From positions 107,130 to 171,129 of the forward strand of contig JAHQWL010000052.1 of NCBI GenBank assembly GCA_029856155.1: 64,000 nt of DNA, given 5' to 3'. The notes below the pieces were generated by a model that saw nothing but the letters and a program-made list of their open reading frames with translations, made no database searches and was not told the DNA's origin. The stretch comes from Promethearchaeia archaeon (lineage in GTDB: Archaea; Asgardarchaeota; Lokiarchaeia; Sigyniarchaeales; SOKP01). Positions 1 to 10,172 of this stretch are shown in pieces. Each line of letters opens with the position of its first letter. Position 1 is the first letter of the stretch. The position numbers and the translations under genes were made by a program.

Positions 1-1
1 T

Positions 2-346
2 ACTCAATTTGATGATAGATTATGGCATAAATATATAATCTACAGCGATTTAAGAAAAAGGGGATATATTGTCCGTACAGGTTATGGTGATGGAATCGAT
101 TTTCGAGTATATAAGAGAGGAGCTGATTTTGAAAAAGATTCTGCAAAGTTCCTAATATTTCCAGTATTTGAAGGAAATCCAATTGAATTGAGAGATCTGG
201 ATAAGATGTCCAGAGTTGCTATGAGCTCTCGGAAAGATCTGATAGTTGCCACCGTGGATAGGTTAAGTAAACCCATTTACTACAGCGTCAAAAAGTTCCA
301 AATTTTAAATAAGGAAGACAATAACAATATAAATAATGCCAGATAG
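2..346 (+). CDS. endA: tRNA-intron (splicing) endonuclease subunit, 5'-truncated by window edge
   Basis: Manual translation of frame 2: ...KYIIYSDLRKRGYIVRTGYGDGIDFRVYKRG...RVAMSSRKDLIVATVD..., the EndA C-terminal domain pattern. Stop TAG at 344-346 overlaps the next gene. Not in the ORF track because the start lies outside the window. Confidence 0.85.
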   Translation, partial: TQFDDRLWHKYIIYSDLRKRGYIVRTGYGDGIDFRVYKRGADFEKDSAKFLIFPVFEGNPIELRDLDKMSRVAMSSRKDLIVATVDRLSKPIYYSVKKFQILNKEDNNNINNAR

Positions 347-1976
347 ATTTGTTTGTGACACATCAATAATTTTGAATGGTCAAATTCTTACCCTAATTGA
401 AGATGGTGAGTTGGGGGAAAAACCAGAAATTTTTATATCAAATATTGTTGTTGCGGAAGTTGAATATAGGACCAATGTTCATAAAGAAATTGGCTTTTTC
501 GGCTTAAGAGTTCTAAAGGAATTAAGAACTCTTCATGATAAAGGCGAAATTATATTACATATTGTAGGTAAACGCCCTTCTAGAGAAGAAATTAAAATGG
601 CTCCAGGGGGGGAATTGGATGCATTGATTAGAGAATATGCAAAAGAGAATAATGCTATTTTAATAACCGCAGATAGAATACAAGGAGATGTCGGAGAATT
701 TGAAGGATTAGAAGTCCTTTTTGCTTGGGAAAAAAAATCAAAGGAAGAACTCTTACCTATATCTTTAAAGATATTAGAATATTTTGATGAGGAAACTATG
801 AGTGTCCATCTCAAACAAAATATACCTCCTTATGCTAAAAAAGGTTCTCCCGGGAGTTGGCGATTACAAAAAATCAGCGATGCACCAATATCAAATAAGT
901 TGATAGAGGATATTGCAATGGAGATTGCTGAAGTGACTAGAGAAGATCAACATTCATTTATTGAGATTGAAAAGGAAGGCGCTGTGGTGGCGCAAATGAG
1001 GGAATTTAGAATAGTTATTACCCGCCCTCCTTTCTCGAAGGATGTTGAAATTACTGCAGTACGACCTCTTGTAAGTTTACAATTATCTGATTATTCAATT
1101 GATAGTAGATTACAAAAAAGATTGCATAAAGCGGAAGGAATACTTGTATCAGGTCCACCAGGAGCGGGAAAATCAACTTTTTCGGCAGCATTAGCAAATT
1201 ACTATTTAAAACAAGAGAAAGTAGTAAAAACGTTAGAAAGTGTTAGAGACTTACAAGTGGAGCCGGAAATAACTCAATATACTAAACTAGAAGGCAACCT
1301 TGAGAATTCTGCAGATATTCTTTTACTTGTAAGACCCGATTTTACTATATTTGATGAAGTTAGAACAACAAAAGATTTCCAAATTTATTCCGACTTTCGC
1401 TTATCAGGAGTAGGGATGGTTGGTGTAGTTCATTCATCTTCAGCAATAGATGCGGTTCAAAGATTTATTGGTCGAATAGAGCTTGGCATGCTTCCATCAA
1501 TTATAGATACAATAATTTTCATTGAAGGTGGAGATATTTCAACAGTTTTTGTATTAAAAATGACTGTCAAAGTACCTTATGGTTTCAGAGATAAAGATTT
1601 AGCTAGACCTGTAGTAGAAGTAAGAAATTTTAAAAACGATCGCTTAGAATTTGAGATTTATAATTTTGGAAATGATGTGGTTGTAAATCCCATAAAAGAG
1701 AAATATACTTCAAGAGAAAGAGGAATTCCCTCAAGTCGAATGAAAAAAGATAAAAGAATCGATTTGGATATCGATGTTAAAAAACAAAAAATAATACTTA
1801 GAGCTAATCCTGAATATGCAAGCCAAAATATCGAAATTTATGCTAACAATCAACAGATTTTTACAGGCTCTTTAAGCCGTAATAGTGATATATCTCTTTC
1901 ATTATCAAACAAAGAGGGAAAAAAAATATTTAAAGAATTAAATAATGGGAAAGAAATTTATGCTAAAATAAAATAG
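336..1976 (+). CDS. PIN-domain P-loop ATPase (PINA family, Holliday junction branch-migration ATPase)
   Basis: N-terminal PIN domain (VCDTSII...EVE...D..I...ITAD), Walker A GPPGAGKST, LLVRPDFTIFDEVR and GVVHS motifs typical of archaeal PINA. Confidence 0.85.
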   Translation: MPDRFVCDTSIILNGQILTLIEDGELGEKPEIFISNIVVAEVEYRTNVHKEIGFFGLRVLKELRTLHDKGEIILHIVGKRPSREEIKMAPGGELDALIREYAKENNAILITADRIQGDVGEFEGLEVLFAWEKKSKEELLPISLKILEYFDEETMSVHLKQNIPPYAKKGSPGSWRLQKISDAPISNKLIEDIAMEIAEVTREDQHSFIEIEKEGAVVAQMREFRIVITRPPFSKDVEITAVRPLVSLQLSDYSIDSRLQKRLHKAEGILVSGPPGAGKSTFSAALANYYLKQEKVVKTLESVRDLQVEPEITQYTKLEGNLENSADILLLVRPDFTIFDEVRTTKDFQIYSDFRLSGVGMVGVVHSSSAIDAVQRFIGRIELGMLPSIIDTIIFIEGGDISTVFVLKMTVKVPYGFRDKDLARPVVEVRNFKNDRLEFEIYNFGNDVVVNPIKEKYTSRERGIPSSRMKKDKRIDLDIDVKKQKIILRANPEYASQNIEIYANNQQIFTGSLSRNSDISLSLSNKEGKKIFKELNNGKEIYAKIK

Positions 1977-1992
1977 TTCTATTTTAATGAAA

Positions 1993-2826
1993 TTAGGATT
2001 CAATCATACCTGACTTCTTCAATAATATTAACCCATCTAAAGTCCATATTGGTCTCCACCAAGGTAAATCCTGATAGATTATTTTTAGACCACCATCGTC
2101 TTTAAGACCATTAAAAAAATTATCTGCTTCATTTTCTACCACTTCTTTATCCACATTATAGAGAGCATGATACCAATGTCGACCAAATAATGGATAATGT
2201 TCTTTATTTTTTTTTAAAATACTCGGTATTTGGTCGATAATATGTTGTAACATCTTTTTTTCCTCTTTGTTTTCTCCTAAATATTTCAAATACATAAAAT
2301 AAGGATAATCATAAATTTGGATTTCCTCAGGAATTTGAGTTTTTGCATAAAAGGTTCTTACTATAGAAAAGAAGTTTTTATCTTCAAACCCAAATTTCTT
2401 TAAAAACGCTGCAGCAGCAAAAATTCTTATATGATCAGAGTTTTTCCACCAAGGTTGATAGGGATAATCTTCAAGGTTTTCTGGGGGGTGATCTATATAC
2501 CCTTCACTGTTTTGTGAATTAACAACCCATTTAGCTATGTTAGGAACAATATCATTATTAGAAATTTCTAATATATCTAAAATATAAAGAGCAGTTTCAG
2601 CACCTATTGCAGTACTAGCTGGACATAGCAGATCTGGTTCAATACCATTACCAAATCCACCATCAGAATTTTGATATGCAACTAATGCTTTAATTACATT
2701 CTCTTTCTTATCATTTTCAAAGAAGTATGAAAATAATTTTCTTTCAAGAAGTCTTCCATTTTTAAAAATAAACTCTTTTATCTTTTTAATCTGATTTTCA
2801 TCAAAAGTTCTCATTAAAAATACCAA
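1993..2826 (-). CDS. Prenyltransferase/squalene-cyclase-like (alpha/alpha) repeat protein
   Basis: YQNSDGGFG and QNSEG QW-like repeats; GRLLER..F and GIEPD motifs. Confidence 0.55.
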   Translation of the reverse strand: MVFLMRTFDENQIKKIKEFIFKNGRLLERKLFSYFFENDKKENVIKALVAYQNSDGGFGNGIEPDLLCPASTAIGAETALYILDILEISNNDIVPNIAKWVVNSQNSEGYIDHPPENLEDYPYQPWWKNSDHIRIFAAAAFLKKFGFEDKNFFSIVRTFYAKTQIPEEIQIYDYPYFMYLKYLGENKEEKKMLQHIIDQIPSILKKNKEHYPLFGRHWYHALYNVDKEVVENEADNFFNGLKDDGGLKIIYQDLPWWRPIWTLDGLILLKKSGMIES

Positions 2827-2865
2827 ATCATATAAATAAAAAATTTAAAACAGACTAATTAATTT

Positions 2866-3630
2866 TTAATTTTTATTTACAATTTGTTTTACCTTTTCCA
2901 TTATTGGAGGAAGAACATCCTCAATTAAATTATCAAATCTAATATCTGCTACATCATCATAGGGTGTATCACCCTTATTTAAAAGGATTAATTTAGCACC
3001 ATATTCTTTCGCATAGCCCGGCATATTTGCTGCGGGTGTAACTACTAATGATGATCCAATAACAAAAAATACATCGGAATTTTGAGAGCGTTGTATAGAT
3101 TCTTCAAGTTCATCATAGGGTAATGGATCACCGAAATTTACAATACTTGAAATTATTCTTCCCTCACAGAAAGGACATGTTGGCTGACCTTCTCGAACTG
3201 GATGTGTTCTATATCCTGAACCCCATATATTTTTGTCCCAACCCGCTTCTTCGAATAACATTTTTTTATTACATGATAAACATTTCATGAAATATAAATT
3301 TCCGTGAAGTTCACTAAGCATATCAAAGGGAATTCCAGATTTAGCATGTAATCCATCTACGTTTTGGGAAATTAAATAGTTTAACTTTTCCATTTCCATC
3401 AACTCCACAATTGCGTAATGATTAGGATTAGGTTTCACTTGATCCCAAGGAGGGCTCTTTGGAGGAGAAAGTCCTTTATCCCGTCTAGTCCAAACGCCAT
3501 CTGGGCCTCTATAATCAGGTAATCCGCTCCCAGTAGAAATTCCCGCACCAGTAAAAATTACTAATCGTTCTGATTCAGCTATCCATTTAGCAGCTAAATC
3601 AATTTTTTCTTCAAAATCCATAAAAAACAT
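2866..3630 (-). CDS. Sir2-family NAD-dependent deacylase, class IV (SIRT6/7)-like
   Basis: [29 protein letters not shown], ELHGN, two CxxC, [10 protein letters not shown]. Confidence 0.9.
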   Translation of the reverse strand: [254 protein letters not shown]

Positions 3631-3665
3631 AAAAATTATAGACTTTAAAAAGATTTTTGTAATAC

Positions 3666-4925
3666 TTATTTAATATCGCTTAAATTCACACCTTTAGTTT
3701 CCTTTAAAAATACTAGAACTAAGAAAAAGACACCAATGAATAATAAACTAAAGATGAAAAAAGATAGTGCTAATCCTTGAGTGAATGTAATTATGCTACT
3801 TAATATAAGTCCGACTGTTATACCAACTGAACTTGTTAATGTTTTTAATCCCACTCCAGTCCCTCTTGATTGAGTAGGTATAATTTCTAATGCCATGATA
3901 CTAATTAAAATACGAAGTCCCCAATATGATAAATTTGCTAATCCTGCTCCAATCATAACCATTGTTAAAGCACCTTCTGAAAAATTGACTCCAAGAACAA
4001 TAATAAATATGGAGATAGGAAATAGAATAGAATAGAGATAGCATAAAGGTCTTCTTCCAATTCTATCAGCAGTTACTCCAGTAATAAAATATCCTATTAT
4101 AGATGAAATTCCCATCACCCAGACAACTGTATCAACATCTTCCTTAGTAAAATTATCTGATAAAAAATCCTCTCCCACTAAAATGAAGAGATTATTCAGA
4201 CCTATTATCAAACTTATAATAAGAATTACGATAAATTCCTTTCTTCTAGAAGATTTAAAGATTTTCTTTATATTTTCTTTAAACATTTTTGGTTTTTGTG
4301 TTAATAAGGAAATATCTTCCTTTATTTCTAGATATTTTGAAGTTTCTTTAAAAGTAAAGAAGATGATTATGCTTAATGGAATCCCTAATAATATTGCGAA
4401 ATACGTCATACCTCTCCAATTTATAATAATATCATGAAATGCAGGTATTAATAAAGCCCCCACAACTCCTCCAATCAGAACTAAGTTAGTATAAAAAGCT
4501 CTTTTATCAGAAGGGCTCTCTTCATTAATATATATTACCCATATATCTGAATTGAAGAAAAAATACAATAAAAACAAAAAACCAGTATACATTATTATAT
4601 TAGTCGAGAAATTAATTAGTAAGGAAGCTATTCCCATTCCAAAAACCGTGAAAGCTAAGAGGTACTTTCTGCCTACCCTATCAGCTAGATATTGATTTAG
4701 AAATACAAAATACATACCCAAAGTTCCTATAGCTACAAAAATTTGAAAAAGTGAGATTGCTGCATTCGAGGATAAATCTGGAAAAAATTCTGCTGAAATA
4801 TCGGAAACTACAACATTTAGATTATTTGTTGTATACGTATCAAGTATTTCAACAAATATTAAGATAAAAATCATATATTTAAAATAGGAGAAAAACTGTC
4901 TGCTTCCTTTTTTATTATCACTCAT
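3666..4925 (-). CDS. MFS transporter
   Basis: About 12 TM segments; LADRVGRK and ADRIGRR MFS motif A; ETKG C-terminal motif. Confidence 0.85.
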   Translation of the reverse strand: MSDNKKGSRQFFSYFKYMIFILIFVEILDTYTTNNLNVVVSDISAEFFPDLSSNAAISLFQIFVAIGTLGMYFVFLNQYLADRVGRKYLLAFTVFGMGIASLLINFSTNIIMYTGFLFLLYFFFNSDIWVIYINEESPSDKRAFYTNLVLIGGVVGALLIPAFHDIIINWRGMTYFAILLGIPLSIIIFFTFKETSKYLEIKEDISLLTQKPKMFKENIKKIFKSSRRKEFIVILIISLIIGLNNLFILVGEDFLSDNFTKEDVDTVVWVMGISSIIGYFITGVTADRIGRRPLCYLYSILFPISIFIIVLGVNFSEGALTMVMIGAGLANLSYWGLRILISIMALEIIPTQSRGTGVGLKTLTSSVGITVGLILSSIITFTQGLALSFFIFSLLFIGVFFLVLVFLKETKGVNLSDIK

Positions 4926-5129
4926 GTTAATATTTTTCTACTGTAAAATATTAAAATCTTTTTCTTTTGATACTAAAAAAAAGAGTATTTTATATAGATT
5001 TTTTTAAAGGATTGATCGATAGAGATTGTATTTAAATAAATTGAGCAGTTAATATAACGCCTTATAAATTTTTGTTTTAATTAAAGTTTAAATAAAACTT
5101 ATTTGATATTTTAATTGGTATAACAGAGG

Positions 5130-5534
5130 TTGAGGATTATTTTATCATATACTATTAATTTTGATATGGAAGCTTTAAAGCATACTGAAGAAGATTATGA
5201 AAATATTGAATGTACGGTATATCAATCCAAATTTATTGATGAAATATCCACATTTTTATATCTTATTATAAAAATTCCTAAATCTGCTATTAGAGGTATC
5301 GTTTGGAATGCATTAAGAGATTGGCAATTAAAGAATAATAAAACTATAGCTAAAATAGCAGAAATGCCAATTGGGATAAGATTAAATGCCGTTAAGGAGA
5401 TATTTTACTTTGGGAGAACTATTTTAAAAAGAATGTTAAATGATCCCAAAGCTAAAAGTGAGATTATTATTGACATCGCATTTGAAAAAGCGTTTAAATA
5501 TTACCTTAATTACTTAAATAAAAGTTGTTCTTAA
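5130..5534 (+). CDS. Hypothetical protein (likely start ATG 5166)
   Basis: ORF track; helical basic protein; no family recognised. Confidence 0.5.
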   Translation: MRIILSYTINFDMEALKHTEEDYENIECTVYQSKFIDEISTFLYLIIKIPKSAIRGIVWNALRDWQLKNNKTIAKIAEMPIGIRLNAVKEIFYFGRTILKRMLNDPKAKSEIIIDIAFEKAFKYYLNYLNKSCS

Positions 5535-5568
5535 ACACTTACAGGCAAAAAATAAATAATAGATAACT

Positions 5569-6315
5569 TTAATTTGAAAAGTAGCTTTTTTTACTGTTTT
5601 TTATATCTAATAAATTTATTAGAATTTCGAAATTTCTTTCAAGGTTATAATACTTTATCATCTCAAAAGGTTCATCAATATTATTCAGAGTTCTTAGGTC
5701 GTGAGAATCACATCCAATTGCAACAAGAATTTCATATTCCCTTAATTTTTCAAAAAATCGTTCATATTTAGGAGAATAAAACGAAGGATAATGTGAGTTA
5801 AATTCAAAATAGATATTATGCTTTTTGAGAAATAACATTAATGTATCAAGGTTTCCCATAATGAAATAAGAAGGATCGAAATGTGCTAACCCTAAAATTG
5901 GAGATTTATCTAAATAGGTTAATTTCCAATAATAAATTAAATTTTCAATAAAAGCAATTGACTCCGGACTTTGAAGATATTCAAATAGAATCAGATCAAA
6001 TTCATCTGCCTGGAGATAAGTTTTTATAAATTGCTCAGAGCTAGCAAGATCTACTTCAATTCCTTTTAGAAGAGTTAATTGATCATTATGTTCCGATAAA
6101 TATTCCTGAATATTTGAAATTTCTTCTAAATATGTCGCAATAATTTCAGAGTTCTTCAAAGTAGATACCCACGCTTTCCAAGAGTTAGTAAAATGATCAG
6201 TTATAGCAATGTAATCTAATTCTAGTTCAAGCGCTTTTTCTACAATTTGTGTTATTGTTTGTTTTCCATCAGAATAATTTGAATGAATGTGTAGATTTAT
6301 TTTTGGAAACGGCAT
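5569..6315 (-). CDS. PHP-domain phosphoesterase
   Basis: NLHIHSNYSDG, AITDH, GIEVD, LAH and GCDSH motifs. Confidence 0.85.
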   Translation of the reverse strand: MPFPKINLHIHSNYSDGKQTITQIVEKALELELDYIAITDHFTNSWKAWVSTLKNSEIIATYLEEISNIQEYLSEHNDQLTLLKGIEVDLASSEQFIKTYLQADEFDLILFEYLQSPESIAFIENLIYYWKLTYLDKSPILGLAHFDPSYFIMGNLDTLMLFLKKHNIYFEFNSHYPSFYSPKYERFFEKLREYEILVAIGCDSHDLRTLNNIDEPFEMIKYYNLERNFEILINLLDIKNSKKSYFSN

Positions 6316-6360
6316 TTTCTAAATTGATATCTTTTATAATAAAAGGAACAATAAAATCTT

Positions 6361-8244
6361 TTAAATACCTAAGTTTTTTGTTTCCTTATTTATATATAAA
6401 CTAAAAGGGCCACTAAACAATAAAATTATGCCAAGAAATATCAAAAAAACTAGAAATAAATATTCTCCTGTTGCAGTAGTACCAAAACTAATACTCTCTA
6501 TTGAAATTATCTCAAATGTAAATAATGAGATTAATGCAAAAATGAAAATTGCAGAAATTATTTGGAGTGCGCCTATAATTATATTCGCATAATAAATAGA
6601 TTTTGCCTTAGTTTTCTTTAGCTCAATGATTCGTCCAATTCCAATATCTATAGCTACTTCATCTTTATTAATCCTTTTTATAAAAAAATATACTAATTCT
6701 TTTAGTGGAATCACATCAAAGAAAATAGTCCCAATGATGAATACACATATAATTATCAAAATTCGTAATAAAATAAATGTAAAAATAGAAGGGATTCCAG
6801 GTATTGGTGAGGTCAGAACACACAAATTGTTTAATACCCAGATGAATAGTCCAACTAAAATTAGAGCAAAAGATTTTAATCCAGCGAGTGTTAATATAAG
6901 GGAATGACGGTCTGCAATTGTGAGTAAATAGTATGCTACTCCAATACTTAAAATAATTAAACCTGAGAAGATAGCTCTCGGTTCTAAGAATAAAGCAAGG
7001 ATAATACAGATTGACATAACCATGTATGGTAAATAAGGATAAAATGGCGCTTTAAAAGGTCTATCAAGTTCCTTTCTCTTACGTCGTAGATTAACTGCTG
7101 CAAAGTTTATAAATGCTAATCCTATGAAATAAATAAATGTAGTAATGTTTGCAGTAAATCCAATATTAGCAAACATTAAAGCTAATATAGTAAATGAAAT
7201 TGTAATTAAAGTTGTGAGGATTAAAATATAAGTTTGTACATTTGTTTTTTTATTTACTTTTAAAAATTTCTGCGATACATAATGATCTCTAGCAAGAGCA
7301 TTAAAGATTGCTGTCGCAGAACCTAAAGCCGCATTCATTGCAATAAACGTTGAAATTATAGCGGCAAAACCCATTAGTATATATCCCGGAAAACTCATTA
7401 TATCACCTAATATTAATGCTAATAAAATAGAGGATTCACCTAACTTTGATTGTTGAATTCCAAGATTAATAAGTACAGTAAAAGTGGTTAGTAGATATAC
7501 ACTTAAAGTTATCGTAATTGCTAGAATATTAACTTTAGGAATATTTCTTGAGGGATTTTTTAAATCTGCATTTAAGAAGGCCAAATTGGAGGTAATGGTT
7601 GTAAAAAAAATGAAAGTAGATGCAAAAACAAAAATAATCTTAAAGAAATCTAAATCTGAGTTTAAAAAACTTGGATTATAACTTGGTAAATTAGTATTTG
7701 GCGCAATAATTAAACCTACAAAAATAAATATACCAAATATTATCAATTGAAATATTGTCAAAGTAATTAAGGTTCTTAGTGCTATTTTATGGGTTCTGAA
7801 TACTGCAATTGCAATGAACAATATTGATATAACTGCAATTAAAAGAATAAAGGGCGTATAAAATGGTAAATTAAAAAACTCTTGAATAACAATTGCCAAA
7901 GCTTGGGCTGAGAATGAAAAGGATGCTATATTAGCAATCCATAAAAAAAAGCCAATTATAAAAGCAAGAAATCCTCCTAATGCTTCTTTACTGAAATTAT
8001 AAGCACCACCAGAAATCGGCAAACTAGTTGATAGTTCACTATAATTTAAAGCAGTGAAAAATATCAAAATTCCTCCAAGAGATAGACTAATTAGTACGCC
8101 TACGCCTGAACCAGCATCACTTATTGCTGATCCTAATAAGATAAATATTGACCCTCCAATTCCACAACCAATTCCATATAAAACACCTACCCATAATCCT
8201 ACTGTTCGTGCAGGATGAATTTGTTTTTGCTCTTTTTCGGTCAA
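6361..8244 (-). CDS. APC-family amino acid permease with extra C-terminal TM domain
   Basis: GIGGSIF TM1 motif, YSELSTSLPISGGAY, KNPSRNIP, RPFKAPFYP; about 4 additional TMs at the C-terminus. Confidence 0.85.
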   Translation of the reverse strand: MTEKEQKQIHPARTVGLWVGVLYGIGCGIGGSIFILLGSAISDAGSGVGVLISLSLGGILIFFTALNYSELSTSLPISGGAYNFSKEALGGFLAFIIGFFLWIANIASFSFSAQALAIVIQEFFNLPFYTPFILLIAVISILFIAIAVFRTHKIALRTLITLTIFQLIIFGIFIFVGLIIAPNTNLPSYNPSFLNSDLDFFKIIFVFASTFIFFTTITSNLAFLNADLKNPSRNIPKVNILAITITLSVYLLTTFTVLINLGIQQSKLGESSILLALILGDIMSFPGYILMGFAAIISTFIAMNAALGSATAIFNALARDHYVSQKFLKVNKKTNVQTYILILTTLITISFTILALMFANIGFTANITTFIYFIGLAFINFAAVNLRRKRKELDRPFKAPFYPYLPYMVMSICIILALFLEPRAIFSGLIILSIGVAYYLLTIADRHSLILTLAGLKSFALILVGLFIWVLNNLCVLTSPIPGIPSIFTFILLRILIIICVFIIGTIFFDVIPLKELVYFFIKRINKDEVAIDIGIGRIIELKKTKAKSIYYANIIIGALQIISAIFIFALISLFTFEIISIESISFGTTATGEYLFLVFLIFLGIILLFSGPFSLYINKETKNLGI

Positions 8245-8307
8245 ATTTATCGCATTTAATTAATTTACAGCTAAAAAATTAATATTTTATTGAAAGAATT
8301 AAACATA

Positions 8308-9762
8308 TTACGATTTTTCTAAATGGAATATACCTGAAATAATCGATAATACAGCACCAATTAATAAGAATAAACCCATTAAAAAGATACTTAAATCTCC
8401 TAAATCAATGAAATTGTAAAATACGCCCATTGAGATGATTATAAAAAAAACACCCATACCAATTAAGATTCCTCCAAAAAATTTAGAAGCACGATAGATA
8501 GCTGATAATACTTCTAATCTATGAATTCGGCTTTCCTTATCTCTAATTTCTTTCTCTTGACTTTCTAATTCTATTTTCAATTTTTGCAAGATTGTTCTAG
8601 AATCATTGGTACTGTTTTCAATTGCTTCTTTTGCTTTATTTAATTTCTCATGATCGGTTTCCAGACGTTTTAATTTTTCTGTTAATGCTTCTAAGCGCTT
8701 TTCTCGTTCAATATATTCTGTATTTGATGTTTCAATGTCTTTTTTTAATTCAGCTACCCGTTTTTCATTTGCTTCGATTAAATTTTCCTTTGAAATGATT
8801 TGTTCAATCAAAGAATTGGCTGAGCCATTAAGTTCCTGTATACGAGATTCAATCTCTATCATTTGTTGTTGTTTATCAGCTAACTGTATTTTATATTTAG
8901 CAAGAAGTTCCTCATATGTTTCTCTTTGTTTTTCCATTTCAGGAAAACCCTCTTTGTATTCTTCTAGCCTTGATTCAATTTCTTTAATTCTTCTTTCTTT
9001 TTTATCAATTTGTTCAGTAAGCAGATTTTTTTCTTCTTCTTTTGCTTCAATTTCTGAATTTGAATGTTCTAATTCAATTTTATTCTTGCTAATAGAGACT
9101 CGCAAAGTCTCATTTTCAGCTCGTTGACTCTTTAATTTCTTTTCTATTGCTTCCGCTTCTTCTCTTTGCTTTTCAAGTAACTCTTCGCTCGTTTGGATCT
9201 CTTGATTCATTTTAGATAATTTAGTGCGAAGTTCATCTTGAGTAGTAACCTTTTCTTTTATTGAATCTGTAAGTACAATTAAATCTACTTGTCTAGTCTC
9301 GTACTGTTTTACTAATTGTTCATTATTTTTCAAAAGTTCCATGAAATCTTGTTCCAAATTCTCTTTACTTTCTGTAGTAATGCTTAATCTCTCCTCTATA
9401 TTACTCATCTCATCAGTTTTACTATTATATTTTTCCTCAAGCTCTTTTATTGTTTCTTCTATCGCATTAAGATATTCTTCTTTATCATCTATCTTTTTAT
9501 TAAGAGAATTTAGTTTTTCTTGAGCTTGTTTTATTTCTTCGCTAACTTCTTCGATAGCTTTCTTCTCAATCTCTTTTTCTTCTACTGCTTCTCCATTTGT
9601 TATGGTCCCTGATATATCTTCAATACTATTTTCGAATGTTCTTAGTTTTTTATCTATCATATCTCTTGAGTTTTTAGCTTTAGATAAAAATTCCTTATCA
9701 ACTCTGTCCGTTTCCTTTTCCGACTTACTTTCCTTTTCTTCTCCGTTAAATTCGTCTGTCAT
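8308..9762 (-). CDS. Long coiled-coil protein with two C-terminal transmembrane helices
   Basis: About 400 aa E/K-rich heptad region followed by two hydrophobic segments (FFGGILIGMGVFFII..., IFLMGLFLLIGAVLSII). Confidence 0.75.
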   Translation of the reverse strand: MTDEFNGEEKESKSEKETDRVDKEFLSKAKNSRDMIDKKLRTFENSIEDISGTITNGEAVEEKEIEKKAIEEVSEEIKQAQEKLNSLNKKIDDKEEYLNAIEETIKELEEKYNSKTDEMSNIEERLSITTESKENLEQDFMELLKNNEQLVKQYETRQVDLIVLTDSIKEKVTTQDELRTKLSKMNQEIQTSEELLEKQREEAEAIEKKLKSQRAENETLRVSISKNKIELEHSNSEIEAKEEEKNLLTEQIDKKERRIKEIESRLEEYKEGFPEMEKQRETYEELLAKYKIQLADKQQQMIEIESRIQELNGSANSLIEQIISKENLIEANEKRVAELKKDIETSNTEYIEREKRLEALTEKLKRLETDHEKLNKAKEAIENSTNDSRTILQKLKIELESQEKEIRDKESRIHRLEVLSAIYRASKFFGGILIGMGVFFIIISMGVFYNFIDLGDLSIFLMGLFLLIGAVLSIISGIFHLEKS

Positions 9763-10058
9763 TTTATAATTGTTGGGTTATGATAATTAATACCTCATAT
9801 AGAATTAGAATATGTAAATTTAATTAATTTTTGAAAATGCAAAATTTTTGGTTAAATATGTCTCGATTTAAATAATCGATCATTATAGATATACACATCT
9901 AATAAGTTTCTTATGTTAAAATACTTATTCAGATATTTAAATGTTGATTTTTTCTGTACTATATTTAGGCAATAGGATAAAATTAATGAATAAATTTATA
10001 TATGATTATGTTTTAAATGGTAAATTGGATTATTCTAAATCGATAAACAAATATTTAT

Positions 10059-10142
10059 GGGGTTTATGTGTCTTTTGACCGGATTGAATGATATCGGTAA
10101 TACTTTATCTATGATTCGCGTTTGAGCAGGCACATTAACCCC
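10059..10142 (+). ncRNA. Candidate structured small RNA (long imperfect hairpin)
   Basis: GGGGTTTATGTGTCT...AGGCACATTAACCCC terminal stem; inner GACCGGATT/GATTCGCGTT pairing; GC-richer than flanks; T-tract follows. Confidence 0.45.
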
Positions 10143-10172
10143 TCCTAATTTCTTTTTACTTTATAGGTTTTG

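Noticed and set aside
10059-10142. Interpretation as tRNA or as a functional SECIS
   Set aside because: No cloverleaf or TTC loop. The helix above the AUGA/GA motif is too short, and no + strand gene with an in-frame UGA lies upstream.
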